DNA from: a virus
Lineage: Duplodnaviria; Heunggongvirae; Uroviricota; Caudoviricetes
IMG/VR virus record: IMGVR_UViG_3300009008_000004
Location: 18,004-82,003 of that record
Reading direction: 5' to 3' (one strand)
DNA length: 64,000 nt
The translations under genes were made by a program, and so were the position numbers. The notes below the pieces were generated by a model that saw only the letters and a program-made list of their open reading frames with translations, had not been told where the DNA came from and did no database searches. Shown in pieces: positions 17,618 through 26,768 of this stretch (position 1 is its first letter; every line of letters starts with the position of its first letter).

Positions 17618-19381
17618 ATGGCACTGAAAGACGAGCAATTCATCCAACAGCTGGTCGTCCAGCTGGTAGGACAACAAGCCGAGGAGGGCAAGACAGGAAT
17701 GCACGATGCTGAAAGATGGGAGCAGCTGAACCATGCTCTGCAGGAAGCCAAGGACATCATTACCCAACAAGACGAGATGCTCCGCGAGATGAACGAGCCG
17801 CCTAACTCGTTTGGGACCATCCTCTCAATCGAAGAGCCCGAGCCACCCACGGTGGAAAACCTTCTTCGGAAGAAGGGCCGAGTCAAAGAAGGACGGCCGC
17901 ACGAAGGCCGGGGCATCTTGGTCAAGGATGCCTGGGAAGTCACAGACGAAGAGGGAAAGGCCACAGGAGTTTTCCGCATCTACGCCCAGTTCACCGAGAC
18001 CCCAACGCAGCACCAGAACTACGACCTCGACGATGTCCTCCTCATTGGGGGCGCTGGTGGGACAGTTATCCTCCATACCGGCGAGAAGATCCTGCGTGTA
18101 CCCTTCCCCTATTGGTTGGAGGAAGGTGTCGGGGTGGGCGACGAAGTCCTGCTGAACGTTATGACCCTGGCAATCATCGGAAAGGCAGGAGATCCCATCG
18201 GTGCCGGCGAGATCGGCAGCGTTCGGAATATCATCTCCGACCAACTCTGCGAAGTCGACTACGGTGGCACTACCAGAGTTGTGTTCCAGGGCAAGCATAC
18301 AGAAGAGATCAAGCTCGGGGACCGCGTCGTACTCAACCCCGGCGGAGTCGCTGTCTCCACCAACCTCGGGCGAGGGGAAGACCGGTGGAACCTCGAGACT
18401 GCCCAGGATATCACCTGGGGAGATATCGGTGGGCTCGAGAATGCAAAACGGATGATGCGGGAAGCTGTTGAGTACCCAATCCTCCACCAGGAAATCTATA
18501 CCCGCTACAACAAGAAACCCATCAAGGGTGTCCTTCTCTATGGCCCTCCAGGATGTGGGAAGACTATGCTTGGGAAAGCTGCTGCAACCGCAGTTGCTAA
18601 CCTGCACGGCGGGACGAAGGGTGGTTTCCTCTACATCAAGGGGCCTGAGCTGCTCAACAAGTGGGTTGGTGAGACGGAGGCACAGATTCGCTCCATCTTC
18701 GCAGTTGCCCGTCGGTATCACGAGGAGAATGGCATTCCGGCCCTCATCTTCATAGACGAGGCAGATGCGATCCTCTCCAAACGCGGGTCTGGGAGATCCT
18801 CCGACATGGAGAAGACCATGGTCCCGATGTTCTTGGCTGAGATGGATGGTCTCGACAAGTCGTCTGCACTTGTCGTACTCGCCACCAACAGGTCAGATAA
18901 GTTGGACTCTGCTGTGGTGCGGGATGGTCGTGTGGATCGTAAGATCAAGATTACCCGGCCCACCCCCGAGAGCACCGCGGAGATATTTGCGCTCAACCTT
19001 GTCGACCTTCCGTTTGCGAACGGTGAGGCTGTCGAAGACCTCGCGGAATTCGCGGCACAACAGCTGTTTGACCCCAAGCGAGTGCTGTACCAGATGCAGG
19101 CCAAATCGGGCAACATCCACGAAATTCGGATGGAGCATGCGATCAACGGCGGTATGATTGTGAGTGCTGTCGATCAGGCTACCTCACGGGCAATCGCTCG
19201 GGAGATGGAGGCCAAGAAGGAATCTGGGCTCGCCAAAGTAGACCTGGCTGCAGCAATCAATGATCTGTATCTCCAGAACGCCGATCTGGATCACCACGAA
19301 CTTCTCGTTGAGGTGGCAGACAACCTCGAAGAGGAGATCGCGTCCGTGCGTCCTATGATGCGCGGTAGGAGAGCTGCATGA
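17618..19381 (+). CDS. AAA+ ATPase, PAN/ARC (proteasome-associated ATPase)-like architecture
   Basis: N-terminal coiled coil, beta-rich middle, then classical AAA: GPPGCGKTM Walker A, ALIFIDEADAIL Walker B, second region of homology; RBS GAAGGGAG. Confidence 0.8.
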   Translation: MALKDEQFIQQLVVQLVGQQAEEGKTGMHDAERWEQLNHALQEAKDIITQQDEMLREMNEPPNSFGTILSIEEPEPPTVENLLRKKGRVKEGRPHEGRGILVKDAWEVTDEEGKATGVFRIYAQFTETPTQHQNYDLDDVLLIGGAGGTVILHTGEKILRVPFPYWLEEGVGVGDEVLLNVMTLAIIGKAGDPIGAGEIGSVRNIISDQLCEVDYGGTTRVVFQGKHTEEIKLGDRVVLNPGGVAVSTNLGRGEDRWNLETAQDITWGDIGGLENAKRMMREAVEYPILHQEIYTRYNKKPIKGVLLYGPPGCGKTMLGKAAATAVANLHGGTKGGFLYIKGPELLNKWVGETEAQIRSIFAVARRYHEENGIPALIFIDEADAILSKRGSGRSSDMEKTMVPMFLAEMDGLDKSSALVVLATNRSDKLDSAVVRDGRVDRKIKITRPTPESTAEIFALNLVDLPFANGEAVEDLAEFAAQQLFDPKRVLYQMQAKSGNIHEIRMEHAINGGMIVSAVDQATSRAIAREMEAKKESGLAKVDLAAAINDLYLQNADLDHHELLVEVADNLEEEIASVRPMMRGRRAA

Positions 19382-19584
19382 ACAACAACAACGAGGGAGG
19401 CCAGGGCCGCATGAGACCCCAGACCGGTGGCGGGGGTGGCAGTCTTGACCTCGAACTTCAGGAGCTGCTGGAGACCGGCAACATTCTTGATACGCTTGAT
19501 GCGGCTATCGAGGAGTCCAGCAGAGCAGCGCAACAGGCGCGGGAGTACGAAGAAGAGAGAGATTGGTGCACGCCCTGCGAGTAG
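19378..19584 (+). CDS. small hypothetical protein
   Basis: ATGA overlap; Gly-rich then acidic. Confidence 0.35.
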   Translation: MNNNNEGGQGRMRPQTGGGGGSLDLELQELLETGNILDTLDAAIEESSRAAQQAREYEEERDWCTPCE

Positions 19585-19982
19585 AGCACATCCTCCAACT
19601 ACTCCTGCTCTCCTGCAGCACAGCTGCGATTGCCACAACGATCACCAAGGCAAGCATCTTCAAACCATTGCGGGTACGCCTCCATGGCGCGGGCGAGACT
19701 TCCACATCCATGCACTGGGTATGGAAGCTCTTCGCCTGCCCGTATTGTATGGTCCACTGGGTCGCCTTGGGGATGACACTTCTCTTCTTCCCACGCCCAA
19801 TTGAATTTTGGTGGCCAGCTGATATGGTAGTTAGTTGGTTCGCCCAGGTATATATCGCATCGCGCTTGATTGGTCGGTTACTTGAAGTCTATAAGTTCCC
19901 ACCGGATGACGCGGAGCCGCGGTACACAATGGAGGAGGCAGTGGCGTTCATCAAAGAACTCCATAAGAAGAAGACCGAATAG
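19563..19982 (+). CDS. integral membrane protein (CPYC motif)
   Basis: several hydrophobic segments, WKLFACPYCMVHW. Confidence 0.5.
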   Translation: MVHALRVEHILQLLLLSCSTAAIATTITKASIFKPLRVRLHGAGETSTSMHWVWKLFACPYCMVHWVALGMTLLFFPRPIEFWWPADMVVSWFAQVYIASRLIGRLLEVYKFPPDDAEPRYTMEEAVAFIKELHKKKTE

Positions 19983-19986
19983 GAAT

Positions 19987-20016
19987 GGGGGTCGGTGCCG
20001 GCCGACCCCATTTCCT
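19987..20016 (+). terminator. rho-independent terminator (GGGGGTCGG-tgcc-GGCCGACCCCC + ATTTCCTT)
   Basis: 9-10 bp GC stem immediately after stop 19982. Confidence 0.5.
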
Positions 20017-20032
20017 TAGCTTAGGAGTAGGA

Positions 20033-20530
20033 ATGGCTCTCTATAATGCGCAGATATGCAGCATCTGCAAAGGATCGGGAATTATCCACGGGAAACTCTG
20101 TAACATTTGCACCGGTAAGGGGATTGTCGGTGGAGACCCCGCAGGACACCCAGCTCCCCCACTAACTATGGGAGGGGAAGCACTGGAGTACGTGGAACCA
20201 AAGAACATGGGGTACGGCCGCTTCCGGATGAAGAAGCAGCGTCCGGTAAAGCCGCGCCGCCGCTTTGATGTCTTTCCCCCGGCCACAATAAAGACCCACC
20301 AGCTACGCACTCGGAAGGGGAGATTTCAGGCAATTAGGGATTTAGCACGGGGGCAAGAAGAGCGGCGGCTGAACAAGATTATTGGAAGACGTTACGCGAA
20401 TACACGGGTGTGCGTCTCTTGTGAAGAGGTGATGCGATATAACGAAAACCTCGATATCTTCTTCTGTGCGGCCTGCAAGAGCATGATCCCTTGCCGAAGC
20501 CAAGCAACGGTAGCCTGGTTCACAGAGTAA
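20033..20530 (+). CDS. DnaJ-type CxxCxGxG zinc-finger protein
   Basis: CSICKGSGIIHGKLCNICTGKGIV repeats; C-terminal CVSCEE...CAAC. Confidence 0.5.
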   Translation: MALYNAQICSICKGSGIIHGKLCNICTGKGIVGGDPAGHPAPPLTMGGEALEYVEPKNMGYGRFRMKKQRPVKPRRRFDVFPPATIKTHQLRTRKGRFQAIRDLARGQEERRLNKIIGRRYANTRVCVSCEEVMRYNENLDIFFCAACKSMIPCRSQATVAWFTE

Positions 20531-20559
20531 TATCTCAACTGAATAATTTGGAGGGGGAG

Positions 20560-20916
20560 ATGACCAGACCGATTCACCACGACAAACAGTACATGCACAA
20601 ACTGACCCTCAATGTCCCGAAGGACCAGAAGTCCCACGACTTGTACTGGGAGATACTCAGAGAACGGTCCTCCGGGGAGACTCCGCCACTCATAGTCTCT
20701 GCCCAGAAGTTCATTGCTAATGCGCTCACAGGGCGCGGGCACAACATATCCTGCGGGATGCCGGATTGTGATGGCACTATTTTATTGGACCGCGACCAAG
20801 AAACTCTTGCCCTCAAAGACACCTGTAAGTGCCTCCTCTGCGGGCAGAGATACAACCTCGTAGATATGGGCACATTCAACGAGGGGTACCGCACCCCAAA
20901 AAGAGGCGACAAATGA
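20560..20916 (+). CDS. hypothetical Cys-containing protein
   Basis: RBS GGAGGGGGAG; CGMPDCDG...CKCLLCG. Confidence 0.45.
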   Translation: MTRPIHHDKQYMHKLTLNVPKDQKSHDLYWEILRERSSGETPPLIVSAQKFIANALTGRGHNISCGMPDCDGTILLDRDQETLALKDTCKCLLCGQRYNLVDMGTFNEGYRTPKRGDK

Positions 20917-21092
20917 CAAAGAAATGGGACGTTACCCTCGGGATTCCGCGCACCTTCCGGGTAATAGCGGAAACAGGAGACGATGCTGTGCGGCTGGCAT
21001 GGTCTCTCGACCCCCTAACAGACAGCCGGATGCCAGAGAATATGCCTCAAAAGGTATATGTCCACGAGGTAACAGAGGTTACAGAGGAATGA
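20913..21092 (+). CDS. small hypothetical protein
   Basis: ATGA overlap (MTKKWDVTLG...). Confidence 0.4.
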   Translation: MTKKWDVTLGIPRTFRVIAETGDDAVRLAWSLDPLTDSRMPENMPQKVYVHEVTEVTEE

Positions 21093-21508
21093 AGAAACCT
21101 AAAGTAGTCGGGGTAACCACCGACAAAGCAATGCAAACCAAGGACGGGGAGATGACCGAGGAGGATAAGTCGGTGATGGGGCTAGACCCCGATGCCGAGT
21201 TCATCGAGGTTACCTCTGCAGAGCAGCTGATGGACATCGTCAAAGCCGTCGGCGCTAAGGCAGACGAATTCAAAGAACAGGTGGGCGGTAAAGGGCTCAC
21301 TCAAGAGCAAGCGGACTTCATACGAAATCTGCGGGTAGAAGTAGGCTGCACCTGGCGGGCAGTTGCAGCGCATTGCCACGCACAGAAAGGTTTCGTGGAA
21401 GCGCTGGGGGATTGGGCTCCTCCCAGTAACCAGTTGATGGGCATTGAGTTATGCAAGACTGCGGCGGCAATGTTCGGGGAGGACCCAAACGCAGATCCCT
21501 GGAACTAA
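21089..21508 (+). CDS. hypothetical protein
   Basis: ATGA overlap (MKKPKVVGVTTD...). Confidence 0.45.
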   Translation: MKKPKVVGVTTDKAMQTKDGEMTEEDKSVMGLDPDAEFIEVTSAEQLMDIVKAVGAKADEFKEQVGGKGLTQEQADFIRNLRVEVGCTWRAVAAHCHAQKGFVEALGDWAPPSNQLMGIELCKTAAAMFGEDPNADPWN

Positions 21509-21972
21509 GGATCGAAAGTTAGCACCTCAACAGGCATACCTAATTGCCCCACATCCCGCTCCAGCTCCACAAGATTCTTCTCCAGATCCCGTAGACGGAG
21601 AAGGATATCCTTTCGCTCCCTTTGACATTGCGACATCTTCGTCAAAGAAAGTTCCTTCAAAGCAACTATGGCATCCTTCAACCGGCCCAGCTTATCTGAA
21701 ATCCCTTCCTTAAGATGAGAAACTTCTTTCTCAAGCTTGCCATCCACTTCCTTGAGGGCTGCCGTTAGTTCCTCGTCAAGCATTGTCGCTACCGCGGCAT
21801 CAACATGGGTCTGCTCAACCTCGGGGCCAACCCCGGGGATTTGATCGAGGCCCTTTCCACCTACCATCGCTAAAAGCAGGGTGGCGAGGTAGGGCAATGC
21901 TTGGCGCGCTATACCCACTTCCACTGCTGAGCTGCCCGCACCATTACTCGAGTTCTTGTTCGTCAGTGGCAT
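21505..21972 (-). CDS. hypothetical coiled-coil protein
   Basis: 155-aa minus-strand ORF in a local strand-switch island; heptad-like LxxL repeats. Confidence 0.4.
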   Translation of the reverse strand: MPLTNKNSSNGAGSSAVEVGIARQALPYLATLLLAMVGGKGLDQIPGVGPEVEQTHVDAAVATMLDEELTAALKEVDGKLEKEVSHLKEGISDKLGRLKDAIVALKELSLTKMSQCQRERKDILLRLRDLEKNLVELERDVGQLGMPVEVLTFDP

Positions 21973-22141
21973 TGGATTCTTCCTCCTTTATTGGCTCAGC
22001 AATATCCCAATCCTCTAAACCATTCAGCGCCTGCTCTACTTCCTCGTATTGCACCAACATCTCCGGATCGATTTCCTCTTCCGGTGGGTCTGGTGGTGGA
22101 AATAACAACGCCAATAATGTGAAAACATGTAGGAATCTCAT
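21944..22141 (-). CDS. small secreted/acidic protein
   Basis: N-terminal hydrophobic signal-like MRFLHVFTLLALLF then acidic tail. Confidence 0.3.
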   Translation of the reverse strand: MRFLHVFTLLALLFPPPDPPEEEIDPEMLVQYEEVEQALNGLEDWDIAEPIKEEESNATDEQELE

Positions 22142-22262
22142 AGAAATACCCTCCTATGACGCAAATTCTACCACGCAGGCCCTTGCTACGGAAGGACTCT
22201 CTCCCTTACAATATAGGCAGTTTGGTGCTGACAACGCGACCCGTTACCGCTCTTGTACGAGG

Positions 22263-22664
22263 ATGAGCTACCCGATGGAACAGACAACGAAAGAGACAAC
22301 AGACCTTATTGGCTACGCCGAGTGGCGAGGTTCTGTGCGAGAAGCACTAACCTCGTTAAAGGGGACCGTAGCTCAGCTTAGAGAAGAAAGCGCAACCAAG
22401 GAAGATATCAAAGCTACCTGCCGCAAAATGGATGCCGTCCAAGAACAAATGGAAAAGGCATTGAGCTCTCTCGAGAAATCCGTGGAAAAAGCACTCACAG
22501 GACTTCCATGCCACACAATTGCCAGCCGTGTGTCAGAAAGTGAGAAAGAGATTGCTAAACTCGGGGTAGCCTTCAAGATCAAATCCTCTGTTTGGGGATT
22601 ACTTGGGGGTATTATCCCAAGTGCAATAGTGATTGCCTACATGGTAATCAAAGCAGTCGCTTAG
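22263..22664 (+). CDS. hypothetical protein with C-terminal TM helix
   Basis: in-frame ATG within long + ORF after the minus-strand island; C-terminal WGLLGGIIPSAIVIAYMVI. Confidence 0.4.
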   Translation: MSYPMEQTTKETTDLIGYAEWRGSVREALTSLKGTVAQLREESATKEDIKATCRKMDAVQEQMEKALSSLEKSVEKALTGLPCHTIASRVSESEKEIAKLGVAFKIKSSVWGLLGGIIPSAIVIAYMVIKAVA

Positions 22665-22695
22665 CTAATCCACCACAACCAGCTATGGAGTAGCC

Positions 22696-23028
22696 ATGGG
22701 AATCGATTTCTTGGCCCGGGCTATTACGCGGGTCAAAGCCCTCGATCGGGTACTCCGGCAAGCGAGCAAACAAGACTGGACTTACTATCTACAAAAAGGA
22801 GTGAACACTGAATACCGGGCGGTTGGTAGAGACCAACTTATCCTGGTCAAAGCTCTCCGACTCCTTGCCGAAGTAATCGTCGATATCAGTTACCTAAAAA
22901 TAGACCCCAAACTTCGCGAAAAGATGATTCGGGAACGGATCGATTACGCGATCGACTCTGCTCAGGTACTACTCGCTGAAGAGGAGGCGGAAAAGACCGC
23001 CCACACTCGGTATAAGAGCGATAAGTAG
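22696..23028 (+). CDS. hypothetical protein
   Basis: 110-aa ORF. Confidence 0.45.
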   Translation: MGIDFLARAITRVKALDRVLRQASKQDWTYYLQKGVNTEYRAVGRDQLILVKALRLLAEVIVDISYLKIDPKLREKMIRERIDYAIDSAQVLLAEEEAEKTAHTRYKSDK

Positions 23029-23077
23029 ACAAGTAGAAAAAAGATTACAGGTGCTCGTTGAGGCCTGTTTTCTTTAC

Positions 23078-23884
23078 CTAGAAGTCCAGGGCAGTGCCGC
23101 AATTCCCGCAGAATTTCTGGGAACTCCTCCACCTCCTACCGCAAGTCTTGCAGGCAAGACGGGTCTTTGTCGTAACTGCCTTCCTCACCCGTTGCTTGCC
23201 TACTGCACCTACAAGCTCAAGGACGATTACATTCGGAGGTTCAAGAAGACCCACAGAAGTAGAGTGGAACTTCTGGTCTACAGCGGACCCCGCAACAGTA
23301 ATGCCCTCATCGGAAGCAGGAACTGTACAATTAAAGCAACTGATAGACCCACCGGTAGATGCGCTCTTTACCTGGTGGGGGCCCGTAGTCGTACTACAAG
23401 TAAAGGTACCGCCAGGGGTAGAGGTATACGTCCACGTACCCGGGGCATACGTATAGCTCCACGTAATCGCAGGCTTCTCAAGAGCATACTGTACACGGAT
23501 AAACCCGTCTGAGACGTCGTCCCCCCGATGCTCCTGTATCTCCTCTGTCTTCTGAATGAACTTGAAAGCCTTCCGGGCACGGTCCCCCTTCATGAAACCT
23601 TTGAGCTCCAGTTCTGTGTTGGGAGCTATAACCAGTTGCGTTCCGTCCAAGACATCTGAGCCGTCGATCTCTACGTCTACTACCGCACGTTGGGTAGACA
23701 TGTTCTTCAGCAAGATCGTGTACTCCTCCCCAAAAGGCAGCCGTACACGGCCAGTACGTCGAGTTTCCCCCGGAAGACCCCCGCCTTCCCCACTTACTTG
23801 TTCTTCTCTGAGAAACCGATTGCCAACTTTTACTACAGCCACAAATTGTTCGTGATACATCATGAGAGCCTCCTCTCGGGTCAC
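23078..23884 (-). CDS. hypothetical protein with C-terminal Zn ribbon
   Basis: 268-aa minus-strand ORF ending CKTCGRRW...CGNCG; divergent from HTH gene. Confidence 0.5.
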   Translation of the reverse strand: MTREEALMMYHEQFVAVVKVGNRFLREEQVSGEGGGLPGETRRTGRVRLPFGEEYTILLKNMSTQRAVVDVEIDGSDVLDGTQLVIAPNTELELKGFMKGDRARKAFKFIQKTEEIQEHRGDDVSDGFIRVQYALEKPAITWSYTYAPGTWTYTSTPGGTFTCSTTTGPHQVKSASTGGSISCFNCTVPASDEGITVAGSAVDQKFHSTSVGLLEPPNVIVLELVGAVGKQRVRKAVTTKTRLACKTCGRRWRSSQKFCGNCGTALDF

Positions 23885-23990
23885 CGGCTAAGACCCGTGT
23901 AGTTTACAGCCGGTTAGAGCAACGTCACCGCGACGTCAATATTAGAATACCGCCCCAAAAAATATCTGCAAGGAATAAAGTGGTCCTTCT

Positions 23991-23998
23991 GGTATAAG
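23991..23998 (+). promoter_or_regulatory. GGTATAAG box
   Basis: 32 nt upstream of ATG 24030 in divergent intergenic region. Confidence 0.4.
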
Positions 23999-24029
23999 GG
24001 AGTCAGAGACTACACCTACGGAGCTTATA

Positions 24030-24299
24030 ATGACGGAAATAGATTGGAGACGAAGTTTTGGATTGCGCTTACGTTTAGAGATGACGCGCCAAAACCTTTC
24101 TGCACGAGCACTGAGCCGCGCTACAGGATTGCACCACGACTACATTGGCAGCCTTATCAGGCAACAAACCCCAAGAAATCCCTCGATAGGAACACTACTG
24201 CGGCTAGCAGATGCACTTGGTATTCCCCTGGAACGCCTCTGCGTGCGGGACGGCAAGGGGAAATACCTCTTTACCGATTTACAGGAAACCTATGAGTAG
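24030..24299 (+). CDS. XRE/Cro-CI family helix-turn-helix transcriptional regulator
   Basis: LRLRLEMTRQNLSARALSRATGLHHDYIGSLIRQ...IGTLLRLADALGIPLERL: canonical HTH_3 pattern. Confidence 0.65.
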   Translation: MTEIDWRRSFGLRLRLEMTRQNLSARALSRATGLHHDYIGSLIRQQTPRNPSIGTLLRLADALGIPLERLCVRDGKGKYLFTDLQETYE

Positions 24300-24846
24300 C
24301 GCACACATAATTGAGGACTACCTCGCAGCCACAGTCCACGGGATGGAACTCTTCGGCTTCAAGAAGCCAGAGGGCTGGAACTACCTCAGCATTCAAGACT
24401 ATCTCTTAGATACGGGGAAGGAGTTCGGCACGACCGAGTATCCGGCTGAGGACATTATCCGGGAAATCCAAGAATCGCCTTTCGTAAGGATGGCGGTACA
24501 AGAATGTTTCGCCAACTGCCAGGGGGCAGCGCTTTTGCTTAACGACCCGCGGGTATTGTACGCAGAAGGATTTGCGCTCTCCAGTGGAAGCCTTCCCCTG
24601 CCCGTGCTGCATGCGTGGCTGGTAATAGAGGGTAAAGTCTACGATCCCACCTGGGAAATGGTGGGGCACTATGATAGAAAAACCAGTGCGTACTTCGGGC
24701 GCACCTTTGAAACCGGGTACGTGAGGAGATCTGTACTCGATTCGCGGATGTACGAATCCCTTATCGATGCATGGAGGCACGGCTACCCGCTGCTGCAAGA
24801 GGAAAGGAGGTATCCAGGAAATGAGCGACAGGTTGGAGGAGTTTAA
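24292..24846 (+). CDS. putative papain-like Cys-His peptidase/hydrolase
   Basis: CFANCQGAALLL (Cys) and LHAWLVIEGKVYDPTW (His+aromatic); assignment tentative. Confidence 0.4.
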   Translation: MSSAHIIEDYLAATVHGMELFGFKKPEGWNYLSIQDYLLDTGKEFGTTEYPAEDIIREIQESPFVRMAVQECFANCQGAALLLNDPRVLYAEGFALSSGSLPLPVLHAWLVIEGKVYDPTWEMVGHYDRKTSAYFGRTFETGYVRRSVLDSRMYESLIDAWRHGYPLLQEERRYPGNERQVGGV

Positions 24847-25222
24847 ACGGTTGTGTGCCAAGGAAGATGCCCTGGGCGCAAAGTACCCCGAGATACTGCA
24901 GTACGAAAAAGCCGATGGTACAAAGTACACAATCGGAATGGGACTCGCAGAGGGATGGTATCCACTTATTGATAAGCTCTGCGCAGGGATTATGGCACTC
25001 TCCAAGGAACAGGGGTTCCCGCCCCCACAGGCACTACAAATCAAAGAGAAGTTCGGAACCCTCCGCTTCTATATAGGGCCGGCAACCCAAGAAGTCCACG
25101 ACCTCGTCAACAAGATATGCGCCGAGAGTGCTACTACTTGCGAACGATGTGGGGCTCCGGGAGAATTGCGTGGTGAAGGTTGGGCAAAAACGCTCTGCGA
25201 CAAATGCGACAAAGGAGAGTAA
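24821..25222 (+). CDS. hypothetical protein with C-terminal Zn ribbon
   Basis: CERCGAPG...CDKCDKGE. Confidence 0.45.
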   Translation: MSDRLEEFKRLCAKEDALGAKYPEILQYEKADGTKYTIGMGLAEGWYPLIDKLCAGIMALSKEQGFPPPQALQIKEKFGTLRFYIGPATQEVHDLVNKICAESATTCERCGAPGELRGEGWAKTLCDKCDKGE

Positions 25223-26146
25223 ATGTCGAAGAATGAAGCTAAAATCCCAGAGAATTTGAAACCCCTTTTTGAGGGGTTAGAGTCCGGGGAGATCAAGTAT
25301 GTCGAACCCACAGATACGTTCAAATTCGACTGCTCTGCCTGCGGGCAGTGCTGTATGAACAAGGATGTGTTGGTAAATCCGCATGATATTTGGATGCTCT
25401 TTGAGTCAGGAGTAGCGCAGTCCCTTGGCTTCAACCAGACCGTTGACCTTTACGAGGGCGTACATGCGCCCCTCAGCCTCCACCTGGGTCCGCACTCAGG
25501 GGCTCCTGTATCATCTATCAACTTCCGCCCGGTGGCAGAACCAGAAGAGGGGAAAGAACCCATTACCATCTGCCCCTTCGCAGCACCGGTAGTTACGGAG
25601 TTTGTCTCCGAAGAAAAACTCGAGGCGTTCAAGCTTGGGAAGATCGAGGATCCTGCGGAGGCAAAGGAGATCCTCCAGAAGATAACAAACATCGAGGTTC
25701 TCGAGAATGGGGTTCCGCGGTTCCTTTGCGCACTTCACTCTGCGAAGCCCACAATCTGCCGTGCCTACCCCATCGGGAGAGCGGGGTCCCTCGCAGTGGA
25801 AGATGCCAAAGACGGAAAGGTAGCACCAATGCGGTATGTGCAAGTTCCCCTGACCTGCGGCAAACCAACAGTCGAGTGGACAGTACAAAAGTGGGTTGAC
25901 CACTGGGGCCTCGAAGAGCGGTACAAGGGCTCTGACCTGTACCACGAGCTCGCAAGCTTCATCTCCGCCAACAAAGATGTTCTGCCTCAAGAATTACGGT
26001 GGAATATTGCCAACATCATCTACAACTTCGACTGCTGGGGTGCGCGGGAGTTCCCGGCATCCTACGAAACAGTCATAGCCGCTGGCCACCAGATGGCGCT
26101 TGGGTACCTGGAGGGTAAAACCAATGGTGAGCAAAAAGAAGGGTGA
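25223..26146 (+). CDS. YkgJ-family Zn/Fe-chelating domain protein (CxxCxxCC)
   Basis: FDCSACGQCCMNKDV plus later LCALHSAKPTICRAYP, typical of PF03692-like proteins. Confidence 0.55.
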   Translation: MSKNEAKIPENLKPLFEGLESGEIKYVEPTDTFKFDCSACGQCCMNKDVLVNPHDIWMLFESGVAQSLGFNQTVDLYEGVHAPLSLHLGPHSGAPVSSINFRPVAEPEEGKEPITICPFAAPVVTEFVSEEKLEAFKLGKIEDPAEAKEILQKITNIEVLENGVPRFLCALHSAKPTICRAYPIGRAGSLAVEDAKDGKVAPMRYVQVPLTCGKPTVEWTVQKWVDHWGLEERYKGSDLYHELASFISANKDVLPQELRWNIANIIYNFDCWGAREFPASYETVIAAGHQMALGYLEGKTNGEQKEG

Positions 26147-26459
26147 GCTCTGCCGCCTCTGTATGACCGAAGTACCACTCAACCTGCTCGAGCCTGCGCT
26201 TGTAGTCGGGCCCCGGAAAGCAGATCCCCAGATGGTCTGTGCCTCCGTGGGTATGCTCTGCCGTAAATGCATTACGAAGGCCAAGTCCGCCTCCCTGAAA
26301 GAGCAGGGTGTGCTGGCTGAGCAAATCGAGGCTAACCTCAATACGCTGCAAAGGAATAGGCAGCAACATTGGGGTATAACAGAAAAAGGAGAAGCCTACC
26401 CGATAGAGACGCCCAACCAAGAGGAGGTACACTGCTGGGGTTTGCTCAGGTTCCTGTAA
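26124..26459 (+). CDS. hypothetical Cys-containing protein
   Basis: MVSKKKGELCRLC...; overlaps upstream gene end. Confidence 0.4.
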   Translation: MVSKKKGELCRLCMTEVPLNLLEPALVVGPRKADPQMVCASVGMLCRKCITKAKSASLKEQGVLAEQIEANLNTLQRNRQQHWGITEKGEAYPIETPNQEEVHCWGLLRFL

Positions 26460-26476
26460 ACGAGCTTCACAAGGAG

Positions 26477-26755
26477 TTGAAGAGGGAGCTCATCGCTACT
26501 GGTAAAAGTCTTCAGGCCAGCAGCTTTCGTTACACCGTAGACCTGCGGCACTTAGATGGGTCCTACGTGCATCTGACCAACGCAGAAGTCCAGGCACTGC
26601 AGGCCGGGGACGGCGGCTGGGTCGGCATCTACACTGAACACATGGGCTACTTTTATGCCCATCGCACAGATCTTGAGGAACTTCGGTACCACAAGAACGA
26701 CGACGCCTGGAACGAGGCAGTCGGAGATTGTTGGAACGACCCAGTTGAAGAGTAG
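26477..26755 (+). CDS. hypothetical protein, paralog A (TTG start proposed)
   Basis: no ATG; TTG in frame after upstream stop; C-terminal half homologous to 26769-27131 (IYTEHMGYFYAHRTDLEEL vs IFTEHHGYLLYPRDELTTL). Confidence 0.35.
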   Translation: MKRELIATGKSLQASSFRYTVDLRHLDGSYVHLTNAEVQALQAGDGGWVGIYTEHMGYFYAHRTDLEELRYHKNDDAWNEAVGDCWNDPVEE

Positions 26756-26768
26756 GAGGACTGCACTT

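Noticed and set aside
17825-18721. 298-aa minus-strand ORF and several + frame ORFs (18112-18471, 18201-18455, 18468-18755)
   Set aside because: All lie inside, or antisense to, the AAA+ gene 17618-19381, and have Arg/Ser/Pro-rich shadow-frame composition.
21783-22664. 293-aa + ORF spanning the minus-strand island
   Set aside because: Its 5' half overlaps two plausible minus-strand genes and is Ser/Pro/Arg-rich. Only the 3' part from ATG 22263, with a C-terminal TM helix, was kept.
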